In this document: positions 58,532 through 64,000 of the stretch, one piece after another | Numbering within the stretch: position 1 is the stretch's first letter | How the letters are laid out: the number at the start of each line of letters is the position of its first letter | Source of the DNA: Ignavibacteriota bacterium | GTDB lineage: Bacteria; Bacteroidota; Ignavibacteria; Palsa-1295 | Length of the DNA: 64,000 nucleotides | Direction: 5' to 3' | NCBI GenBank assembly: GCA_963787835.1 | Contig: CAWBEI010000004.1 | Span: 64,001 to 128,000 of the forward strand | Translations under genes and position numbers: made by a program | The notes under the pieces: generated by a model | The model's input: the letters and a program-made list of their open reading frames with translations, nothing else | Databases searched by the model: none | Told to the model about the DNA's origin: nothing

Positions 58532-58540
58532 ATGTAGCTC

Positions 58541-60985
58541 TCAAAAACTGATTGCCAGCGTTCCCGTTACATAGAAATTGTTCGCGGTTTTGAAGTCGAG
58601 CCGCCAGGCAGCGTCGAAGCGTAGGACGTTTAGGATATTACCAATACCAAATCCTGCTTCGGTGAAAGGCGTGCTGCCAAGCGTTTGTACCGGTGCAGGA
58701 AGCAAAGCTTGCGTCGCGCTTGAAAGCGATGCTTCCGCCATATTGGCAAAACCAAACCAATGAAGATCGATCGGCATGTGAATGCCCAATGCGCGTGTGG
58801 GAAGATCGTAGAAATTCTGCTCGAACTGAACGGTCAGCGCTTTATCGCCTTGGAACTCGAACGGCGCAAGTGTGCGGAATACATCGCGTGGCGCGATGAT
58901 GGCATCTCGTGCATCGAAAAAGAAAAGGTTTTGAGCGGGTAATGCCCCATTTAGAAGGAACTGATATTTTCCAGAGATCCACGTTTTTCCCCATCCACCT
59001 AACTTGCCTTCGAGCGAAAGCCGAAGATCCGACGTGAAATAATTAAACTGGCTTCCAATAGCCGAATTAGAATAGGCAAAATTCGCTATTGCAGAACCTT
59101 CCCAAAAACCGAGCGGGAAATCCTCATTCAGATCGAGAGCTATTTGATGTAATTGGCCGGCGTTAATATACGGATTAGCTTGGAAGGTGTCCTTGCGGAA
59201 GAAGAAACTATAATTCGTTACATTGCCGAGACTGTGTTCCGATTGGTCTTTAAAATCGAGCATAGCCGAAAAACGTCGGTTCGGCGTCAACGAATAATTG
59301 ATGTCGAATCCATGCGCCTCGTAATAGTTGGGATAATCTTTGTGCAAGAAAAGTGAAGTGAGCGTGTTCACGAATTGGTCGTACTCGCCGCTACGGGCAA
59401 CACGTTCATCATAATATCGAGCATCGATAGAAGAGGTTACTTGCACATCATTTCTTCCGCCCGTCATTTCCACATCTCCGTCGAATGAGATATTGGCCGT
59501 GATCGCAGCTTGTTTTTTTGTAGTTAGCGCCTGCCGGAGTTCCATAGAATATTCCCAGTCTCCATCGCCGAGGTCAAGATCGGCGTCGCCACCAAAGGTT
59601 GTCGGAAGCTGATCGTTCACCGTCCAGAGGTGTCCGAGTTCCAGGCTCACGCCATCGATACGATTGAATTGAAAGAAATCCGTTCCCGGGAAAAGCTGCC
59701 ACAGCAATCCCAACGGGGTGAATGGTGTTTGCGTTGATTTGAAGTTTTGTACAACACTGTCGATTCTACGATAGGCTGTGTCTTCATCTCGTTCGAGAGG
59801 AATGGTTCGCAGTGCGGTCCAGTGCACGGAATCGACACTATCGGCGGTCGGCGCGACCACATGTTGTGCGGTAAAGATAGAATCTGGAATTACTCCATTG
59901 ATAACATAATTCTGTAGCGTGGCGGACTGGCTGATATCGAACTCCGGCACGATGGGTAGCTCAAGCTTGATGGCGCAATCGAAATTGAGTTCGGATGGCA
60001 TCCAAAACTTGTTATCTACGAACGTGAACGTTTGCCGAATATCGATTCCCTGCACCGGCCCGATCTTGATTGCATCGTCCGGCTGAAGATCGAGATACGC
60101 TATCGTGTAATCCACTTTATCGATCCAAAGCGTACCTTTGAATGCTGGAGTAAGATCTCCAAGCGGCTCGACCGAAATTTTATAGACCTGCTCACCATTC
60201 ATTTCGCCCTCGCCAAGCAGATCGTAGTCGTACCGGTCGAATGCATCGTGCGCCACGGGGCTCACGACATTATAATCGACAAAATCCATGCGATCGTTGT
60301 AGAAATTCTGGATGCCAACGAGCGCCACACGATTGACATCCGCCGGAATATCGGCCGTTTGCTTGCGGGCGTTAATTCGCTCGGCGTAACCGTGGTCGCG
60401 TTTCCAATATCCATCGGCAGAAGATTCTACAATGGCAAGTATGTTGCTATTAGTAGCATTGGTATCTTTTTTATCATCGTCATCAGTATCCTTTTTATTC
60501 TTTTTTGTTCGCAAACTGGTCTTCGAATAGACATCGAATGAATAATTAGTTATTTGCGATTGCCAGGTATCTTTCGAATCGATCACTTTGTGCATGATGC
60601 GCCGCGCCTCGGTGCGGCTTGCATCTGCTGAGATCGTGATCTGTGGGCCCAGGATCGGGGCGGAAACCAGTTGAATGGTCTGAGATTTGTTCTGAAACAG
60701 TTGCACACGGATCGTATCCGGGCGGTACCCGAGTGCTGTTACTCGAATGGCATATTTCACTCCACTATCAAGAACCAGATGAAAATGACCCGCTGAATTC
60801 GTACGTGCGCCCCGCGAGGTACCTAAAATATGAAGCGATGCACCGGGAATGGGATCGTTATCTTCATGCTCGGTGATGGTTCCAGAAAGTTGGAACGTTT
60901 GGGAAAATGCAGGATGGACTTGTGAAAAAACAAGCAGGCCGATCAGCAATAAGTAGGAACCGTGCAGTGTGAAATGTTTGCCCAT
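58541..60985 (-). CDS. Carboxypeptidase-regulatory-like domain plus DUF5686 outer-membrane protein
   Basis: G.ITE....PIPGAS.....T..G..T...G.F, V.ALGY and C-terminal E.GFGI.NI...R.D...F. The start is probably ATG 60985 rather than 61240. Confidence 0.8.
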   Translation of the reverse strand: MGKHFTLHGSYLLLIGLLVFSQVHPAFSQTFQLSGTITEHEDNDPIPGASLHILGTSRGARTNSAGHFHLVLDSGVKYAIRVTALGYRPDTIRVQLFQNKSQTIQLVSAPILGPQITISADASRTEARRIMHKVIDSKDTWQSQITNYSFDVYSKTSLRTKKNKKDTDDDDKKDTNATNSNILAIVESSADGYWKRDHGYAERINARKQTADIPADVNRVALVGIQNFYNDRMDFVDYNVVSPVAHDAFDRYDYDLLGEGEMNGEQVYKISVEPLGDLTPAFKGTLWIDKVDYTIAYLDLQPDDAIKIGPVQGIDIRQTFTFVDNKFWMPSELNFDCAIKLELPIVPEFDISQSATLQNYVINGVIPDSIFTAQHVVAPTADSVDSVHWTALRTIPLERDEDTAYRRIDSVVQNFKSTQTPFTPLGLLWQLFPGTDFFQFNRIDGVSLELGHLWTVNDQLPTTFGGDADLDLGDGDWEYSMELRQALTTKKQAAITANISFDGDVEMTGGRNDVQVTSSIDARYYDERVARSGEYDQFVNTLTSLFLHKDYPNYYEAHGFDINYSLTPNRRFSAMLDFKDQSEHSLGNVTNYSFFFRKDTFQANPYINAGQLHQIALDLNEDFPLGFWEGSAIANFAYSNSAIGSQFNYFTSDLRLSLEGKLGGWGKTWISGKYQFLLNGALPAQNLFFFDARDAIIAPRDVFRTLAPFEFQGDKALTVQFEQNFYDLPTRALGIHMPIDLHWFGFANMAEASLSSATQALLPAPVQTLGSTPFTEAGFGIGNILNVLRFDAAWRLDFKTANNFYVTGTLAISF

Positions 60986-60986
60986 G

Positions 60987-61568
60987 TCAATGTTGCTCCG
61001 CCAGCCATTTCTGGTAATGGGCAAGCAGCGACTTTTTCGGTTCCTGGGGAGTAGAAAGCGACATGGTATAAGAAAGATCGCGTTGCGTTGAATCCCAAAA
61101 AATAACGGGAAGTTTGTCGCCGAGATAGGTTCCATTGCTCGACTCATATTGGCCGCTGGTGAAGAATCCATCGGCAACCGTGTAGAGCATCCAGGGGCCG
61201 GTTCCTTTGTAGCGGAAGAATGAGAGATCGGAGATGTCATCGAAATTGAAATCGATCTCGGCCATCAGCTTGCCACTTTCCTGATACAGCTTTTTATGGA
61301 CATTCTTCCACCCCTTATTTTCAAGTTCGATCTTGCGGCCCTGATAATACTCCGCGATCAGAGAGTTGAAATCCTCGTTAACGACGTCAAGCGAATCTCC
61401 CGGACTACTGGAAATGCCGGTAAAGATGATTTTTCCGGTGCCGCTGACGCCATCGTCATTAATAGAGATGCGGACCTCCTTTTTTTCTGCCGTGAGACAT
61501 CCGCTCACACCGGTTAGAATGACAAAAGCAGCGAGGATAACCGATAGGGGATAGCGTTTAATGTTCAC
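60987..61568 (-). CDS. Hypothetical lipoprotein
   Basis: Hydrophobic segment ending in VSGC; probable GTG start at 61568. Confidence 0.7.
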   Translation of the reverse strand: MNIKRYPLSVILAAFVILTGVSGCLTAEKKEVRISINDDGVSGTGKIIFTGISSSPGDSLDVVNEDFNSLIAEYYQGRKIELENKGWKNVHKKLYQESGKLMAEIDFNFDDISDLSFFRYKGTGPWMLYTVADGFFTSGQYESSNGTYLGDKLPVIFWDSTQRDLSYTMSLSTPQEPKKSLLAHYQKWLAEQH

Positions 61569-61679
61569 GAATAACGGGTTATGATCGAGGGTAAATGTTG
61601 TCCGCGCACCATGCGAGGAACTTCGGTAAACGGTATCCAACGAAATTTTCGTGCCCATTACGTGTTACCATGGGACGAA

Positions 61680-62711
61680 ATGACAGAGATAGCCACAAAC
61701 GAGCATACTGAACAAGCGGTCTGTGCCGTCCGTTACGAGCCTTCGGAGCATGCCGCACTATGGGATGCCTTCATCGAGCGCTCGATGAACGGTACGGTGT
61801 TTCACAGCCAGCAATTCCTTTCCTACCATCCCGAAGGCCGTTTCGATCTGCACCATCTTTTATTCTTTCAGGGTAAAAGACTGATCGCGGTGCTGCCTGG
61901 CGGATTGCGCGATGGAGGACGCACGTTTGAATCTCCGCTCGGAGCGAGCTATGGTTCATTCGTGACCGAGGACATTAGCACGCAGACGGCTCTTGATATT
62001 GTCGCCGCGTTCGAGCGATACATTCTTTCTATAGGGGTAAAGGATGTCTATCTCACTCCAGCGCCGGTTATCTATCAGCCATTGCTAACGCAAAATCTGG
62101 ATTTTGCATTGCTCTATCGAGGGTATGCATACCAGAGGCATTATATTTCTCACGCCATCGATCTTCGTCATCCCGGTGTGCCATTCGACCGGTTTCAATC
62201 GGTGGCGCGTAAGCATATTCGGCGGGTCACCCGAGAGAATCCAACGGTATGGATCGACGAATCGCAGCCGGAATCGCTGAAAGAAATGCTGGCGGAATTC
62301 TACCCAATCCTGCTCGAAAATAAAGCAAAGTACAACGCCAAGCCGACGCACACGCTGGAAGAACTTCTTCGCCTGCATGACCTTCTGCCGGATTTTATGA
62401 AGCTATTCCTCGTCCGTGTTGGAGAGGAGCCGGTTGCAGGTTCGCTGCTCTTTCTTGCGAACGATCGAGTGGCTTTGATCTTCTATCACATGCTTCGTTA
62501 TGCTTTTGATGACTATAAGCCGATCTATTTGCTCATGGATCGTGTGACGCGCTGGTCCAAAGAGGAAGGCTATCACTTTGTCGATATCGGCGTTTCGCAG
62601 GACACGAGCGATGAAAACCCAATGACGCCCGCGCTCAGCCTAATCAATTTTAAAGAGAAGTTCGATTCGCGGGGTATCCTGCGTTCGACACTTCACAAAA
62701 GATATCCTTAA
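61680..62711 (+). CDS. FemAB-like GNAT family protein
   Basis: WDAFIE.S.NGT.FH...FL.YH, SYG and LI.FKE.F. Probable ATG start at 61680. Confidence 0.8.
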   Translation: MTEIATNEHTEQAVCAVRYEPSEHAALWDAFIERSMNGTVFHSQQFLSYHPEGRFDLHHLLFFQGKRLIAVLPGGLRDGGRTFESPLGASYGSFVTEDISTQTALDIVAAFERYILSIGVKDVYLTPAPVIYQPLLTQNLDFALLYRGYAYQRHYISHAIDLRHPGVPFDRFQSVARKHIRRVTRENPTVWIDESQPESLKEMLAEFYPILLENKAKYNAKPTHTLEELLRLHDLLPDFMKLFLVRVGEEPVAGSLLFLANDRVALIFYHMLRYAFDDYKPIYLLMDRVTRWSKEEGYHFVDIGVSQDTSDENPMTPALSLINFKEKFDSRGILRSTLHKRYP

Positions 62712-62714
62712 GAG

Positions 62715-63794
62715 TTGGCTGAACGCTCGATTCTCTTTCTTTTTCTAGGCGATGCGACACGCGATCGCCGCGTGCAAAATTTCGCGCGATATTTTAAAGA
62801 ACAAGGTTGGAATGCGGAGGTTATTGCTATCCAACCGTCTATTTCCCGTGGTCCGCGAAAGTTCTTAGAATACCATCGGCGTATTCGAAAAGCAGTTCGC
62901 GAAAAGAAGGCCGATGTTGTTATGGCCTGCGATCTTTACTCCCTTTCCGCCGCTGCATGGATGAAGCGAACCGGTCGCTCGAAGCAGCTCTTGTATGATG
63001 CGCGGGAGCTTTACACGGAATTGCCTTCAGTCACGCATAAACCTCTTGCTAAATTTGTCTGGAGAACTCTGGAACGGCGGGGGTTGATCCAGACTAATTT
63101 GATTATAGTTACCGCTCCGAATGATGCCAATGCCATCCTGCGCGTTCACAACTTTTTGCCACGACCCGTGCTTGTTCGAAATCTTCCGTGGCTGGAACCC
63201 GAGATCGTATCAGATCGGAGGCTGCTTGATTCGTTCGGCATTCCCGAGGGTGCTAAGACCCTGGTGTATCTCGGAGGTTTGCAGCACGGCAGAGGTTTGA
63301 ATACATTGATCGAGAGCATGAAGGCATTGCCGTATCATCTCTTGTTGATCGGGGACGGAGATATGCGTTATCGGCTTGAAGCGCTTAGTAAGCAACAGAG
63401 TTTATCTTCGAAGGTTCATTTTGCGGGTCCACTTCCATCCGATGAAGCCTTGCGACTTGTTGCGGCCTGTGATGCGGGCATTTCACTTGTCGAACCATTA
63501 TCGCCGAGCTATGAACTTGCGTTGCCCAGTAAGTTTTTTGAGTACATGATGTGCGGCATTCCCATTGTATCCAGCCGCGTATCGCAGGTGCTCGATCTTT
63601 TTCGGAATGAGGAATGGGTTACGTACGTCGATGAAGGCGATACAAATTCGATTGCTGCTGGAATCCCAAAAGCACTTATCACTTCTGAAAAACCAGATGT
63701 TCGAGAGCGAGAGAGGTCGCTTGCACAATCTGAATATCATTTCGAACACGATGCAAAGACACTTTTTGCTTCAGTAGAAACATTGCTTCCCTAA
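62715..63794 (+). CDS. Glycosyltransferase family 4 protein
   Basis: D.RV, YDARELY, Y.GGL..GRGL and LPSKFFEYM.CGIP. Confidence 0.9.
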   Translation: MAERSILFLFLGDATRDRRVQNFARYFKEQGWNAEVIAIQPSISRGPRKFLEYHRRIRKAVREKKADVVMACDLYSLSAAAWMKRTGRSKQLLYDARELYTELPSVTHKPLAKFVWRTLERRGLIQTNLIIVTAPNDANAILRVHNFLPRPVLVRNLPWLEPEIVSDRRLLDSFGIPEGAKTLVYLGGLQHGRGLNTLIESMKALPYHLLLIGDGDMRYRLEALSKQQSLSSKVHFAGPLPSDEALRLVAACDAGISLVEPLSPSYELALPSKFFEYMMCGIPIVSSRVSQVLDLFRNEEWVTYVDEGDTNSIAAGIPKALITSEKPDVRERERSLAQSEYHFEHDAKTLFASVETLLP

Positions 63795-63805
63795 GATCGT
63801 GAGAG

Positions 63806-64000
63806 CTACCGCTTCCCTGCGTCTCTTCGATCGGCGCTCCAAAATAATTTCGTTCTCAGGAGATCGAAATAGGATCGTTCCTTTCTGCGAAGCAAATGCA
63901 GCCGATTTGGAGCAGCGCTGATGACCACTTCCGCCGGCGTTGTAACGACGATCTGTTCCTGACCATCGGCCACAACGAGTACCTGATGTGTTTCTTCGGT
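63806..64000 (-). CDS. nadK: NAD(+) kinase, C-terminal fragment (5' part outside the window)
   Basis: Manual translation: ...VLVVADGQEQ...SYFDLLRTKLFWSADRR. Confidence 0.78.
   Translation of the reverse strand, partial: TEETHQVLVVADGQEQIVVTTPAEVVISAAPNRLHLLRRKERSYFDLLRTKLFWSADRRDAGKR

Noticed and set aside
60986-61240. ORF-track N-terminal extension of the DUF5686 gene (likewise the extensions of wcaJ, the FemAB-like gene and the beta-barrel gene)
   Set aside because: The extensions overlap neighbouring genes or repeats; downstream starts give proper signal peptides or stop-start coupling.

Overview
64 kb of bacterial chromosome, most likely from the FCB group (Kapabacteria/Ignavibacteria/Bacteroidota-like). 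The evidence is several proteins with type IX secretion (T9SS) C-terminal sorting domains, DUF4835 and DUF5686 genes, and a TAnnTTTG promoter motif. Most of the window is housekeeping or envelope genes: crotonase, pdxS/pdxT, hutG, a MacA adaptor with two MacB-type permeases, hpnE, a 2-oxoacid dehydrogenase E2, amt, glycosylasparaginase, holA, ftsK, an MltD-like transglycosylase, tRNA Thr-Tyr-Thr, wcaJ/GT4 genes and nadK. Accessory DNA is interspersed. (1) An AT-richer four-gene island at 22051-26230 encodes an unknown 213-aa protein, a (PGGGX)24 Gly/Pro-repeat protein with a helical C-terminal domain, an ankyrin lipoprotein and a frameshifted 2OG-Fe(II) hydroxylase-DUF6817 fusion. This is the best candidate for an undescribed system. 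(2) There are four small toxin-antitoxin (TA) modules; two are bracketed by direct repeats of the 3' end of the upstream host gene, with no integrase in the window. (3) Several families of palindromic REP-like elements occur, some inserted in frame in genes. (4) An XRE regulator lies next to a 1304-aa beta-roll fibre gene and a T9SS cargo gene. (5) There is an uncharacterised symporter/glycosidase operon. All family assignments come from motif recognition by eye; no database searches were run.
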